Assembly (NCBI GenBank): GCA_030019205.1
Contig: JASEFH010000017.1
Span: 1-61,181, forward strand
Source: Methanomicrobiales archaeon
GTDB lineage: Archaea > Halobacteriota > Methanomicrobia > Methanomicrobiales > JACTUA01
DNA: 61,181 nt
Direction of reading: 5' to 3'
Shown here: positions 19,785-31,379 of the stretch, piece by piece
Numbering within the stretch: position 1 is the first letter of the stretch
Layout of the letters: every line of letters begins with the position of its first letter
Notes under the pieces: model-generated
Databases searched by the model: none
The model's input: only the letters and a program-made list of their open reading frames with translations
Told to the model about the DNA's origin: nothing
Translations under genes and position numbers: made by a program

Positions 19785-20555
19785 ATGCCCTCCGACGGGA
19801 TCCTCCTTGTTCTCGGCGCCGTCATCGCGGTGGGATTCGCCTACATCCTCCTCTGCTGGGTGCGGGGCATGGAGATCTACCGCCGGGAGACCTGCCCCGA
19901 CGTGATGAAGGCTTTTCTATACGGGGGGATCGTCGCCGTCCTGGGCGCCCTCGTCCTCTCCAGCATCCTGCTCTTTCCCCTGCAGGGGTTCGGGGATGCG
20001 ATGCCCTTCGACATGACTGTCGTCGGGGTCGTCGGGGCGGTCGTCGTGGCGCCGATCTCGGAGGAGCTCGTCAAGGCGACGGGCATCCTGGCGATGCGGT
20101 CCCGCCTCACGGAGGTGGAGAACGGGATCGTCTACGGCGCCGCCGTGGGTCTCGGGTTCGCCGCGACGGAGAACATCCTCTACTTCTCCGCCGCCATCGC
20201 CGCCGCCGGGGCGCTGGGGCTCGTCGTGACGGCGATCGTGCGGTCCCTCACCTCCACGTTCCTCCACCTGGGGGCGACGGGGCTCGCGGGCTACGGCATC
20301 GGGCTCTACTACGGGGCGGGAGGAAGGGCACGGACCTGGGGCGTCTACCTCCTGGGCGCCATGGCGGTGCATGCGGCTTTCAACCTCTTCGCCAGCGCCC
20401 AGGCCTTCGCCGCGACGCTCGAGGGGCAGCTGATCATCGCCCTGCTGGGTCTCCTCGCCGCTCTCGTCCTGACCTGGTCGATCTTCGGCTGGCTGCGGCG
20501 GAAGATCCACACGCTGGACCGGGCATCGGCGCCGCCCGCCCTCCAGGGGAGCTGA
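19785..20555 (+). CDS. PrsW-family intramembrane metalloprotease
   Basis: Carries the EELVK, ATENILYF, STFLHLGATG and VHAAFN motifs in a multi-TM protein. Confidence 0.72.
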   Translation: MPSDGILLVLGAVIAVGFAYILLCWVRGMEIYRRETCPDVMKAFLYGGIVAVLGALVLSSILLFPLQGFGDAMPFDMTVVGVVGAVVVAPISEELVKATGILAMRSRLTEVENGIVYGAAVGLGFAATENILYFSAAIAAAGALGLVVTAIVRSLTSTFLHLGATGLAGYGIGLYYGAGGRARTWGVYLLGAMAVHAAFNLFASAQAFAATLEGQLIIALLGLLAALVLTWSIFGWLRRKIHTLDRASAPPALQGS

Positions 20556-20587
20556 ACGATACAGCATCCCGCGCATCGCGCACCGAC

Positions 20588-21763
20588 TCAGGCGGGGATC
20601 CCCAGCACCAGCATGCAGAGGAGCCAGGAGATGAGAGCGGCGAGGGGAATTGTGACGATCCAGGCAGCAACGATCCCGCGGACCACGCTCCACTGAACGG
20701 CATCCACGCCCCGTGTCGCCCCGACGCCGATGATCGAACCGCTGATCACCTGCATCGAGGAGAGCGGCATCCCGATCAGCGTCGCTCCCACGATCACCGC
20801 CCCGCCGGCGGCCGAGGCGGCGAATCCCTGGTATGGTCGGATACGGGTGATCTCCATCGCCAGCCTCTTCACCACCCGCCAGCCTCCGAAAAGCGTCCCG
20901 AGTGCGATCACCGCCGCCGACGCGGCGATCGCGCCGGTCGATACGGTGAATGCGGGGACGAAGCCTGCCGAGAGGAGGAGCGCCGAGATCATGCCCGCCG
21001 CGATCTGGCCGTCATGGGAGCCGTGCCCGACCCCCTGAAAGGCTGCGGCCAGGATCTGAAGCGGCTGGAAGATTCTCCGCGTCTTCGTTCTGGAGGAATG
21101 GCGGAAGAGATGGGAGATGAGGATATTGAAGAGGCAGGCCGCCAGGAATCCCAGGACAGGGGAGATCAGGATGAAGACGACAATGGCCAGGAGCCCTGTG
21201 ATCTCGCCCCTGTCCCGGAGAAGCAGCGCGGTGATGGCGATAGAGATGCCAAACGCCATTCCGGCAAGGACGGGAATCCGGACCGGCATTTTCAGGGAGA
21301 GGGCGACCGCCCCGAGGAGCATGCCGCCGGCGAAGGCCCCCAGCAGGGCGTAACCCGTCAGGGTCTGCAGGGCTGCGGGATCGGGGAGGATCAGGGCCGT
21401 CAGTCCTCCGGAGGCGATCGCGGCCCCGATCAGTCCGCCAATCAGGGACTGGTTGGCCGAGACGGGGAATCCCAGGGATGCGGAGAGGAGGAGAAGAGCG
21501 AGCGCGGTCGCGAGAGCGGTCGTCAGGATCAGCGGGGTCAGGCTGTCGGGGTTCACGATGCCGGTCCCGATGGTGCGGGCCACCGCGGTTGCGAGGACGA
21601 AGGGCCCGACGAAATTGGCGGCGGCGGCGAGCACCACCGCCCTCTCGGGAGAGAGACTGCGTGTGGCGACAGGGGTGGCGATGGCGGTTCCGGCATTGAC
21701 GAGTCCGTTGGCGAACGTGAAGAGGAGGGCGAGGACGATGCCAGCGAGAACGAGGGCGTCCAT
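20588..21763 (-). CDS. PiT-family inorganic phosphate transporter
   Basis: FANGLVNAGTAIATPV plus a second half-repeat (GHGSHDGQ), 10-12 TM. Confidence 0.85.
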   Translation of the reverse strand: MDALVLAGIVLALLFTFANGLVNAGTAIATPVATRSLSPERAVVLAAAANFVGPFVLATAVARTIGTGIVNPDSLTPLILTTALATALALLLLSASLGFPVSANQSLIGGLIGAAIASGGLTALILPDPAALQTLTGYALLGAFAGGMLLGAVALSLKMPVRIPVLAGMAFGISIAITALLLRDRGEITGLLAIVVFILISPVLGFLAACLFNILISHLFRHSSRTKTRRIFQPLQILAAAFQGVGHGSHDGQIAAGMISALLLSAGFVPAFTVSTGAIAASAAVIALGTLFGGWRVVKRLAMEITRIRPYQGFAASAAGGAVIVGATLIGMPLSSMQVISGSIIGVGATRGVDAVQWSVVRGIVAAWIVTIPLAALISWLLCMLVLGIPA

Positions 21764-21769
21764 ATGCGG

Positions 21770-22411
21770 TCAGGCATAGGATCGGGATATCTCGAAGAGC
21801 ACGTGCCCGAGGTCGTTGCACTTCTCCAGTACCGACGCCATGCTCTCGTAGATGTCTTTCAGCTTGATGATCCGGACCGGGTCCCGCGTCTTGAACAGCT
21901 CGGGGGTGGCACGGGAGAGGAGATCGCTGCCCTGGTTCCAGAGGCGGTTGATCTCAACGCTGCGCGTCTGGAGTTCGGCGGGCCGCCTGACGATCCTGAG
22001 GACCTGAATGCCGTTCTGGATCTCGCGGGCGCTCGATGCGATCAGGAGAGAGAATTCTTTTAGAGGTGCATTCGGCTCATCGATATCGTAGTTGCAGATC
22101 TGATGCCCGACCCAGTCGATGCGGTCCAGAACGTCGTCGAGCGCCGACGCCAGACGCGCGATCTCTTCGGGTTCGAGCGGCGTGATGAGGGAGCGGTTGA
22201 GGCTCTCGAAGATCTGGCGGGTGATCCCGTCACCGTTGTGCTCCAGCACCCGGAGCCGCCGGCAGCTCGTCTGGTCCGGTGCGAGATCCGTCGTCAGAGC
22301 AACGAGGATATCCGCCGCCTCCACGATGGTCGTGGCCATCTCCTCGAAGAGCGAGAAGAAAACCTTCTCCTCGGGAAGGATGATGTCGCGCAGGTTGCCG
22401 GGAATGTGCAT
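21770..22411 (-). CDS. DUF47 (PhoU-like) phosphate-transport regulator
   Basis: All-helical DUF47 pattern. It is immediately upstream of, and co-oriented with, the PiT gene. Confidence 0.8.
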   Translation of the reverse strand: MHIPGNLRDIILPEEKVFFSLFEEMATTIVEAADILVALTTDLAPDQTSCRRLRVLEHNGDGITRQIFESLNRSLITPLEPEEIARLASALDDVLDRIDWVGHQICNYDIDEPNAPLKEFSLLIASSAREIQNGIQVLRIVRRPAELQTRSVEINRLWNQGSDLLSRATPELFKTRDPVRIIKLKDIYESMASVLEKCNDLGHVLFEISRSYA

Positions 22412-23422
22412 GGGGGTTTCGGATCTCAGGTTGTACGGCTACGGGAAAAGCAATGCTATTTGGTCATGCCATCGATGCCGAACCGATACCCTCCCGGATC
22501 CCGGAGAAGGGGGAATGATCCTCCCTGCGCCTCTCCGCTGCCGGAGATGCGGTCGATGCGGCGATTCCGCCGGAGGAGTGTATCGGAATGCGGAAGGCAA
22601 TCCTGCAGGATCGGATGGGGAGCCCCGTTCGGGCGGCGTGGCGGCAGCGGATCCTGTGCAGCCGAGCGCGGAACCCGTCGCGGCGGAGGCATTGTCGCTC
22701 GCTGGAGGGGAAAAGGTATGCGGAACCGGCCCTGTCGAAATCCTCATCGAGAGCCTGGTGACGGCTCTTCGGTATGCGCCGGGAGCGGGCTTCGCCCCTC
22801 CTTCGTGCGATGGAGAGGCTTCTCCCCGGTACTCGCCGTGCGGGCAGGTCGTCGATGGGTTCTCCGGGGGATCGGTGCGGGAACATGCCGGGAGATTCTC
22901 TGCAGAGCCGCGGGGCTCCCTCCTGCGCAGATCGGATGCCGCGGACGATCCGTTCTCTGCACCGCCCCGGCATCCTGTCGTGCAGCGGGAACGCTCCCTC
23001 CCCCCTCACCGCTTTCGCCCCGATCCTCCGCCCCGCTCCTGCACGGCGGGGACCGGCGGAATGCAGGGGCGCATGAGAAGGATCGAGCCACTCCCCCCCC
23101 ACCTCTTCGCGGATGGCGGATGGGCTGATCGGACTCCCCTTCGTCCCCTGCCTCTCCGTCCGCATCGTGCGGAACTGCCGGAAGAACGCCTCTCCCTCCG
23201 CCTTCTCCGCCACCCTTCTCCGGCTGCGGGGAGACCTGGCAGAGCATCTTCGCCAGCCTGGAACGGAAGTTCCTGCGGCGGGAGGAGGTCTTGGCAGCAC
23301 GCTCGCCACCCCCCTCTGCCCGGCTCCGCTGCTTTCGCGGATCACCGCCCCGATCGTCGCCGGGAACATCGTCGGGCGCCTGGTCCAAGGGGCATGCTGC
23401 GGGAGGGGGAGGTGAAGCGCTC

Positions 23423-24629
23423 CTAGGCGCTTTCGATCGCTTCCAGCGCGCCCTCCAGGATGGCGAGCCCCTCCTCCACCTCGCGGCGGGTGATGTTCAG
23501 GGCGGGGGAGAGCCGCACGATGCGGTCCTGGATCAGGTTGACGATCAGCCCGCGGTGCAGGCATTCCTGCAGGAGCCGCTCGGCCGCCCCGGGATCGGCG
23601 AGTTCCATCGCGGCGAGCAGCCCCCGCCCCCGGACGCCCCGGATCCTGTCGGGATCCTCAGCATGCCAGCGGCGCATGCGATCGAGGATGACCGATCCCA
23701 TCGCCTCCACGTTCCGGGGGATATCCTTCTCCAGGAGTTCGTTCAGGACCGCATGGGCGACGGCGCAGCCCAGCGGGTTGCCGCAGTAGGTGCCTCCGTG
23801 GTCGCCCCTCCCGAGCCGGGCGGCCACCCCCTCGGTGAGGGCAAAGGCCGCGAAGGGGAACCCGCCGGCGATCCCCTTGCCCATGGTCAGGAAGTCCGGC
23901 TCCACGTCGTGCCCGCTGATGGCAAAGAGGGGGCCCGTGCGGCAGAACCCCGTCTGGATCTCGTCCACGATCAGCAGGCTCCCGTTCTCGTGGCAGAGCA
24001 CCGACATCTCCTCCAGGCAGCCTTCCGAGGGGACGTTCACCCCGCCCTCCCCCTGGATGGGCTCGACGATCACCGCCGCGACGTCCCCGTCGAGCGCCTC
24101 CGCCAGAGCGGCCGGATCGTCGTAGGGGATGAAGCGGAAGTTCGGCATCCGCGGCTGGTACCTGTCGCGGTGCTTCGGCTGGCCGGTCGCGGACGCGGTG
24201 CCGATCGTCCGTCCGTGGAAGCCTCTGCAGGGTGGAGATGACGTCGGTCCTGGCAGTGACCTTGCGGGCCAGCTTGATGGCGGCGTCGTTCGCCTCCGCT
24301 CCGCTGTTGCAGAAGAAGACGCGGGTGAGGGGCGGCGGCAGCAGAGGCACCAGGCGGGAGAGGAGCCGGGCCCGCACTGGGGAGTAGGTGAGCCCGGAGT
24401 TGGGGTTCTGGAGGATCTTCTTCCCCTGCTCCACGAGAGCGGCATAGACCGGCGGCGCGGCGTGCCCGAGGCAGGTGACGCCCCAGCCGGCGGTGAAGTC
24501 CAGATACCGTCTCCCGTTCTCGTCCCAGACGTAGACCCCTTCCCCCCGCTCGATCGCGATCGGGAGCCTGGCGGCGAAGGGCGGCATGTGGCGATCCTCG
24601 ATCGCCATGGTGGATGCGGCATCGTCCAT
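23423..24629 (-). pseudogene. class-III (acetylornithine/ornithine-type) aminotransferase with a 1-nt frameshift near 24205
   Basis: The N-terminal half (…DFTAGWGVTCLGH…FFCNSGAEANDAAIKLARKVTARTDVISTLQ) is in one frame. The PLP-lysine half (GFHGRTIGTASATGQP…DEIQTGFCRTG…LTMGKGIAGGFP…) is in another. On the minus strand the join reads ctgcag-a-ggcttccac where ctgcagggcttccac is expected. Confidence 0.75.
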
Positions 24630-25546
24630 ACTGCGTCCCGTTCTCCCTGCACCCGGGCGGATCGCTGCGGCTGCCCGTCGGGATGTCCGCGGGACCCGGA
24701 TCCCGTGCAGGATCGTACTGTCGACCTGCAGGTATTTAAGGCCCTATCGAACTCCCGCGGGAAGACGGACGGGCCGTCTCCCGGGCGGGTTCCGCCCCGG
24801 AGAGGGCGATAGCCGGGAGCGCCGGGTCGGACCGCGCTCCGCATGGAAAAACCGCCGATCCGCCCAACGCACGGGAGAAGAGGGCGCGGGCGGATCGATG
24901 GCAGGCGAACGGGAGGAACCTCGAACCCGCCTCTCCCCCACCACGGTGGCGGGGAGACGAATCCCGGCTCCCGCAGTGCGGTCCTGCACCCTCCGGGGGA
25001 GACGCCTCCTTCTCCCGGGGCCGGCCCGTCCGCCGGCAGCATTGCCATGCGCGACTGCTGCAGCTCCTTTCCCTGATTCGAATCGCTCCTGCCGTATTTT
25101 CGAGAGAATCGAAATCTGGAAAGTATTTATGCAGATATGGCAGAGTTCATGTACCTTTGGGGATGGGGATCGGGAAGACCCCGATCCGGGACGGATCTCC
25201 AGACGCAGTTCAAGGTCAACAGGACGAGAGTGTGAACCGATGCCGACATTTACATGCAACCACGAGGGTACAGGATTTGCATCCGCCAGACCGTACGTGC
25301 TCCAGATGCGGAAGATGGACTGCTCAACGCCGCTCTGCTTCGTCTGCGGGCGCATCATGATGCGCGTGGCGGACGAACAGGCTCCCCAGACGAGGATCAT
25401 CGTGCAGTAACCGACAGAGGCACGCAGCCGGAGAGTGCCCGGGCAGCGCCGGACCGCACGGCTCTCCGCTTTTTTTCCCGGGGCATCCGCCCCCTCTTCT
25501 CCCCTGCCGCTCCTGCACGGGCGGCAGCGAGCGAGCGCCGCCTGCA

Positions 25547-25753
25547 CTACTCGATCAGGCGATCGTGGTCTGCACCGCGGTAAAAGGTCACCCTGCCGCA
25601 CTTCTCGCAGTCGACGGGGATGGTCTGGATCCTTCGAACGCAGCGATCGACGACGGACTTCCGGACCGCCCGGGAAGAGCGGCAGAACCGGCAGGTGGCA
25701 ATGTAACCAGCGTGATTGTCCAATTGGCCTCCCTCCCTGCAGAGATGCGCCAC
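25547..25753 (-). CDS. small zinc-ribbon protein (two CxxC pairs)
   Basis: CRFC…CEKC in a 68-aa ORF, with an AT-rich promoter directly upstream (25760-25830). Confidence 0.4.
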   Translation of the reverse strand: MAHLCREGGQLDNHAGYIATCRFCRSSRAVRKSVVDRCVRRIQTIPVDCEKCGRVTFYRGADHDRLIE

Positions 25754-26017
25754 GCACTCTCGCTGACCGGGATCTGGGTCGGGATTATTGAAATATCTTT
25801 ACAATTATATTTTACCCGTTATAATCCGAGTTCATCAGCAGTCTGCCCCGCATGCTCTCCGTGCATGCCCGTTGGGAATGGCGCCGACCCGTCCCGCACC
25901 GGGACTCGGGGTTGCGCGGCACCCTCCCCCGATCCGTCCAGCGCGGCATCCGGTTTTTATCTGCGGCATGCACCCGGAGGGAAGTTACTTCCCGTAAGGG
26001 CGGCAAAACAGTACAGA

Positions 26018-26278
26018 ATGGAAGATCGGTTGAAGTCGATCCTGTTCGTGGCGGCGGGGGCGGGGATCATCCTGCTGGCGGGCATAAATCCGGCTGGGTA
26101 TTTTCTCATCCTGATGGGCCTTGGGGCCCTGCTGGGCCTCTACCGCATGGACGAGCTCCGCCTGCGTTCCCGTGCCGGGTTGTCGTGGATCGCCCTCGGG
26201 ATCGCGGGGGCGGTTCTGCTCTATGCAGTCTCGATCGGTGTTATCCTGACGATCGCGGGCGGGACGCCGTTACCCTGA
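26018..26278 (+). CDS. small membrane protein (two TM)
   Basis: Hydrophobic 86-aa ORF with high third-position GC and an AT-rich promoter upstream. Confidence 0.4.
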   Translation: MEDRLKSILFVAAGAGIILLAGINPAGYFLILMGLGALLGLYRMDELRLRSRAGLSWIALGIAGAVLLYAVSIGVILTIAGGTPLP

Positions 26279-26344
26279 GGCGGATGCGGTGCTGCACCCG
26301 CTCCGGGCATACGTGCGGGGGGCCCTTGGGGAGGGGTCCGCGCC

Positions 26345-26779
26345 CTATTTTCTTGTATCGAAGAACTCCAGGAACCAGCGGACGAACTCCATCAGCTGGC
26401 GCATGTCGGCGGGTTTGGTGATATAGTAGGTCGTGGGATACTGGGTTGCCTGGCTGTAATCCATCTCGTCTTTGGATCCGGTCAGCACCACCACCGGTAT
26501 CTTCTTCAGGCGGGCGCTCGTCTTGATCTCATGGAGCACCTCCCGCCCGTCCTTTCGGGGAAGGTTGAGGTCGAGGAGGATCACATCCGGGGCGGAGACG
26601 GAGGCGTATTTCCCCTTCCTCTCCAGGAACTCCATCGCCTCCACCCCGTCCCCGACGGTGCTGAGGTGGTAGTGCATCCTCGACTCGCGGAACGCCTCCT
26701 CGATGGATCGCACGTCACCGGGGTTGTCTTCGACGAGAAGGATCCTCTTGGGCATCTCGAGTTGTCCTTCGTTCTTCAT
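26345..26779 (-). CDS. stand-alone CheY-like response regulator (REC domain)
   Basis: KRILLVEDNPGDVR…ILLDLNLPRKDG…PVVVLTGS…K. TAG stop. Confidence 0.85.
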   Translation of the reverse strand: MKNEGQLEMPKRILLVEDNPGDVRSIEEAFRESRMHYHLSTVGDGVEAMEFLERKGKYASVSAPDVILLDLNLPRKDGREVLHEIKTSARLKKIPVVVLTGSKDEMDYSQATQYPTTYYITKPADMRQLMEFVRWFLEFFDTRK

Positions 26780-27005
26780 GATAGCCTCTAATGGGGCGGT
26801 GCAGAATAAAAAGATTCAGCCCGCACGCCTCCGCGGCGGGCGGGCGCCCCCGTCCCGGTGCGCGCCGGGTGAAGGGGATCGTCCCTTCCCGGGCTCCGGC
26901 CCGCCGCGGCGGTCGATGATCCGTTTGACGACGGGATACAGACGGCGACTCTGCGGCGTTATGCACGGCGGGCGGGAGGGGGGGCACCGCATCTGCCGCC
27001 GCTCC

Positions 27006-27566
27006 TCACCGTTCCGCCTCGATGCACCGCTCTGCGTTCAGCAACCCGGCTCGCGCGGAGGGGTAATCGGGTTCGAGCCGCAGTGCCTCGGCGTATGCCT
27101 TCTGCGCCTCATGGCACCGCTTCTGCGCCATGAGGAGATCGCCTTTGTTCTGCCAGGCGACGGCGAAGTCGGGGCGGATCTGCAGCGCCCGATCGTAGGA
27201 CTCCATCGCCTCCTCGTAGCGCTTCAGGTTGAAGAGCGCCAGGCCCCGGTTGCACCACAGGGCCGGATCGTTGTCGCAGCCGTAGCGCAGCGCGGTATCG
27301 AACGTCTCGACGGCGCGGTCGTACTCTTTCCGGAGACCGAATACGACTCCTTTGTTGTTCCACGTCGCGCAGTGCTGCGGGCTGATCTCGAGCGCCTTGT
27401 TGAAGGCCAGAATGGCGCTTCCATAGTCCCCGCGTGAGGCAAGCGCCCTGCCCCGCTCGTTCCAGAGCGAGATCTCGTCGGGGGTTTCGGATCGGGGGAT
27501 GGGCCAGGGCCAGACAAATACCGCCGGCAGGCATTTCAGCAGGGTCCAGGGTTGCTTGAGCACCAT
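27006..27566 (-). CDS. tetratricopeptide-repeat protein
   Basis: Four or five TPR units (W..G..L…Y.EA…Y..AL.I.P). Confidence 0.8.
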   Translation of the reverse strand: MVLKQPWTLLKCLPAVFVWPWPIPRSETPDEISLWNERGRALASRGDYGSAILAFNKALEISPQHCATWNNKGVVFGLRKEYDRAVETFDTALRYGCDNDPALWCNRGLALFNLKRYEEAMESYDRALQIRPDFAVAWQNKGDLLMAQKRCHEAQKAYAEALRLEPDYPSARAGLLNAERCIEAER

Positions 27567-28340
27567 GCGGTGCGGAGTACTCGGTGCAGGGATAAAAACT
27601 GTTGGGGGCTATTGCCATGGCGCGGCCGTCCAGGCAGCGAAGGATCCTGCCCCGCACTCGCAGTTCCCGTCCGATTTCCGCCCGGAACGGGGAGGTGGGG
27701 CGGCCGTCTGCCCGAAGGAGGGGAACGGCATCGGCAGGGATGGCCCCACCCGTGCGGGGCGCCGCCACGGTCTCCGCCAGCACTGCCGGAACACTTCGGG
27801 GAGGCGGACAGCACGCCTCTCCGCACCCTGCGCCCGGGGCGGAAGATGCCCGGAGCCGCCTGCCAGCACCGCAGGGAGATCGCCCCGGTCCGGGGGAACG
27901 GTCGCCGTCTCCGGTTGCCCGCAGCGGCCGGCCGGGGAGCGTGGGGCGCACACGATCGACCGGTCTCGTCGAAGACCCGGCTGGGGGGGGGGCGGCTCGA
28001 ACCGAACTCCGGATGTCCGGTTCAAAATCCTCGGTGTGAGGGATCCCGGGATTGCGGTGACGGGGGACACGTCCTGCCGTGCGGAGCGCCGGCGGAGAAC
28101 GAGCCGGGGCAGCCTGCCGGCAGTCACCCCCGGTTGCCGAAGGGGTCCCGATGCTCCCTGTCCCGGTCGTGGTTGCCACCGGCGGGGGAAAACGGCTTCG
28201 CTCCCGCACGCGACCGCGGCGCCTACCGGAGCGAGGGATGCGGCCTCGTTCATGCGGGACGGCATCGATGGGAGGGAGGGCACGGCGCCGGCAGGGGGCG
28301 GGGACCGGGGATCGAAGCCCGCCGGCAGGGCTTCATGCGG

Positions 28341-30794
28341 TCACTGTTCGTCCGCGAGCGGCAGCGTGAAGAAGAAGGTGGTCCCCTTCCCGGGCTCGGA
28401 CTCGACCCGGATGGCGCCCCCGTGCCGCTCCACGATCCGCTTGCAGATGGCGAGCCCGATCCCGGTGCCGGGATACCGATCCCGCCCGTGGAGCCGCTGG
28501 AAGATGACGAAGATGCGGTCGAAGTACTGCGGCTCGATCCCGATCCCGTTGTCGGCGACGGAGAACTCCGCCATCCCCTGCTGCCTCGCTGCCGATACCC
28601 GGATCCGCGGGGGTTCGTCCTCCCGCCGGAACTTGATCGCGTTGCTGATCAGGTTCGAGAAGACCTGGCGGATCTGGGACGGATCCCCCTTCACGCAGGG
28701 GAGGGGATCGCAGGTGACGGAGGCTTGGGACACCTCGATCTGAATCTGGAGGCTGGCGAGCACCTCCCTGAGCACCAGCTCCGCGTTCACCCTCCCGGGT
28801 GGACGCGCCCGTGTCGAGATGCGGGAGTATTCCAGCAGGTCGTTGATCAGCGCCTGCATCTGTTTGCCCGCATCCACGATGTAGTCGATGTACTCGTCCG
28901 CCTCCCTCCCCATCTGCCCCTTGTACCGCCGCTCCAGCAGCTGGGTGAAGGTCACGATGGTGCGGAGCGGCTCCTGCAGGTCGTGGCTGGAGACGTAGGC
29001 GAACCGCTCCAGGTCCTCGTTGGACCGCTTCAGGTTCCGGGCGTACTCCCGCAGGGCCTCCTCGGCCTGCTTGCGATCCGAGATATCGCGGAAGAAGACC
29101 TGGATCGCCGGTCGTCCGTCCGCGAGCGTGCGGGTGCCGCGCCCCTCGACCCAGGTGGACGTCCCGTCCAGGCGGAGGATGCGGAGCTGCTGCGGCGGCG
29201 TCTCCGCGCCTTCCAGGTCCCGCCCGATATTCCCCCGGACGATCTCCCTGTACGCCGGATGGACGATGCTCAGGATCTCCCGTCCGACGATTTCGGCAGG
29301 ATCCGACGCCCGCAGCAGCTGCACCCCCGCGGGGTTGACGTACACGATCGTGCCATCGCGGTGGATCAGGATGGTATCCGCGGCGAGCTCCACCAGTTTG
29401 CGGTACTTCTCCTCGCTCTCCCGCAGCGCCTGCTCGATCCGTTTCCGCTCGGTGATGTCGCGGGCATTCACCACGAATCCCTGGATCTCGTCCCCCTGCA
29501 GGAGGCTCGCCCCCGTGACCTCCAGGAGGTGCCAGGTGCCGGAGGCGTCGGCGATCCGCACCTCGAGGTTCAGCTGCAGCAACGGCTGCGCCACCGCCTT
29601 CACGAACGCATCAACGACGGCCGGCACGTCCTCGGGATGCGTCATCTCCAGGATGTGCCGCCCGATCAGGCTCTCGGGCGCGTAGCCCCCGATGCGCCGC
29701 ACCGAGGGGCTGGCGTAGGTGAGATGCCCGTCCGTGTCGAGGAGGACGATGATGTCGGAGGTGCGCTCGATGAGCATGCGGAACTGCTCCTCCCTCTCCC
29801 GCAGTGCCCCCTCCGCACGGTTGCGCTCCAGGGCGTGGGTGAAGAGCTCGGCGGCGACGCGGATGAGAACGATCTCCTCTTCCGTCCAGCGGCGGGGGTG
29901 CCGCACGGACTCGAGCCCGACCTGCCCCCGCACCACGCCGCCGGAGACGAGGGGCGCCGCCAGGATGGCCCGGATCCCGCCGCCCTCAAGGACTTCCCTC
30001 TCCGCCCCGGCCGCCGGCGGCAGCGCGGCGGCGCTCGGAACCCGGACCACCTCCCCCCTCCGCATCCGCTCCCTCCACCAGGGGCAGCGGTCGGAGGCCA
30101 GCGCCTCCGGGACGGCCCTGCGGGGCTCGATCCCCGAAGCGCACCACTCGTGGATGCAGGGGTGCGGATCGCCCCTCTCGCCCCCGACCTGCAGGTAGGC
30201 GCGGTCCGCCCCGCTGATGGCGCCCAGGGAGGCGACGGCATCCCGGATCTCACCGTGTGCGTTCTCCGCCGTCAGGTGGAGGAGGCGGTTCGAGAGCGTC
30301 ACGATGTACTCGATCGCGCCGATCCTGCGGGTCGGCCCCGTCCGATCGGGGAGCCCCGTCGACTGCGCCAGCCCGCTCTGCCGTTCGGCATGTTTCCGCC
30401 GCGTGATATCGCGGAACGTGACCAGGATGGCGGTGCCGCCGCTGTAGACGATCTCTCCCGCCAGCCCCTCGGCCCACCGCTCCTCGCCACGGACGGTGCG
30501 GATGCGGTATTCGACCGGGACGCCGCCCCACCGCAGCCGTACCAGGGGAGGAACGCCGGAGTCCGCCGGATCGGAGAGAAACTCCCGCATGTTCCGCCCG
30601 ATCAGCCCGGCGGGACTCTCCAGGCCCGCCAGGGTGGCCCCGGCCGGGTTCGAGAAGAGGATCGTGCCGTCGGGGGAGAGGACGAGCGTCGCGTCGATGA
30701 GGCTGTCCAGGAGGAACCGCGAGGGATCTCCGTCCCGGGGGTCTGCCGGAGGAGCCGGCGGTCCGCGGCGATCCTCTTCGGGTGGGAACGTCAT
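28341..30794 (-). CDS. PAS/GAF/PAS multi-sensor histidine kinase (His[11 protein letters not shown] type)
   Basis: Multiple PAS domains, one GAF-like domain, an H-box ([16 protein letters not shown]) and a HATPase_c ([18 protein letters not shown]). Confidence 0.9.
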   Translation of the reverse strand: MTFPPEEDRRGPPAPPADPRDGDPSRFLLDSLIDATLVLSPDGTILFSNPAGATLAGLESPAGLIGRNMREFLSDPADSGVPPLVRLRWGGVPVEYRIRTVRGEERWAEGLAGEIVYSGGTAILVTFRDITRRKHAERQSGLAQSTGLPDRTGPTRRIGAIEYIVTLSNRLLHLTAENAHGEIRDAVASLGAISGADRAYLQVGGERGDPHPCIHEWCASGIEPRRAVPEALASDRCPWWRERMRRGEVVRVPSAAALPPAAGAEREVLEGGGIRAILAAPLVSGGVVRGQVGLESVRHPRRWTEEEIVLIRVAAELFTHALERNRAEGALREREEQFRMLIERTSDIIVLLDTDGHLTYASPSVRRIGGYAPESLIGRHILEMTHPEDVPAVVDAFVKAVAQPLLQLNLEVRIADASGTWHLLEVTGASLLQGDEIQGFVVNARDITERKRIEQALRESEEKYRKLVELAADTILIHRDGTIVYVNPAGVQLLRASDPAEIVGREILSIVHPAYREIVRGNIGRDLEGAETPPQQLRILRLDGTSTWVEGRGTRTLADGRPAIQVFFRDISDRKQAEEALREYARNLKRSNEDLERFAYVSSHDLQEPLRTIVTFTQLLERRYKGQMGREADEYIDYIVDAGKQMQALINDLLEYSRISTRARPPGRVNAELVLREVLASLQIQIEVSQASVTCDPLPCVKGDPSQIRQVFSNLISNAIKFRREDEPPRIRVSAARQQGMAEFSVADNGIGIEPQYFDRIFVIFQRLHGRDRYPGTGIGLAICKRIVERHGGAIRVESEPGKGTTFFFTLPLADEQ
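28350..29080. repeat. inverted repeat copy A (HisKA/HATPase-coding segment) matching 33758..34500
   Basis: About 255 bp (28813-29080) is nearly identical (about 3 mismatches) to the reverse complement of 33758-34020. Weaker similarity continues across the ATPase region. Confidence 0.7.
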
Positions 30795-31379
30795 GGCCGT
30801 GTTCGGACCGGGATATTTATAAAGATACTACTATGGGACCTTCGATAAAGGTTGCCCCTCCCGCGGATCGCCACCGCTGCCTCGCGGGGTCGGGCGGTAT
30901 TCCTGGCGGCGCCGTCAGGGGCAGCCGTCGCCGCTCTCCTGCCGGGCGGTGGGGCGGGGCTCCGGGGGTGGACCGCTGCGGGTGCCCTGCCGGCGAGGAG
31001 GGGAAGAACGTTCCGGTTTTCCGGTGCGGCTATCCGGTGCGAAGGTCCGGACATCGGGCGATCCCCGCCGGCGGGCCGAACCCCGGGAACCCACGACGCC
31101 GATCAGGACGGACAGCGTTCCTGCACCCCCGGAGGGCTGTACGGGAAGGGCATCCTCCGTTGTCAACGCCGGCAGGGGTTCCGGCAGAGCGGACAGCCGG
31201 GGCATGGACCTCTCCCGGTATTCGGGTGCCCCATCCCGCCGGGGAGGGGGCAGCAACCTGGATATAGCCGTTCGATATACTCCCGGGCCGAGGGAACGCC
31301 GCACGTTTTGCGAGACGGCAGCGGATGCCGGGCGGACAGGTGCGGTCCTGCCGGCGCGCCCGGATCCGCGGAGGGGCCG

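Noticed and set aside
19175-22063. 962-aa plus-strand ORF
   Set aside because: It runs antisense to, or overlaps, the PrsW, PiT and DUF47 genes. Gly/Arg/Asp-rich with no domain logic.
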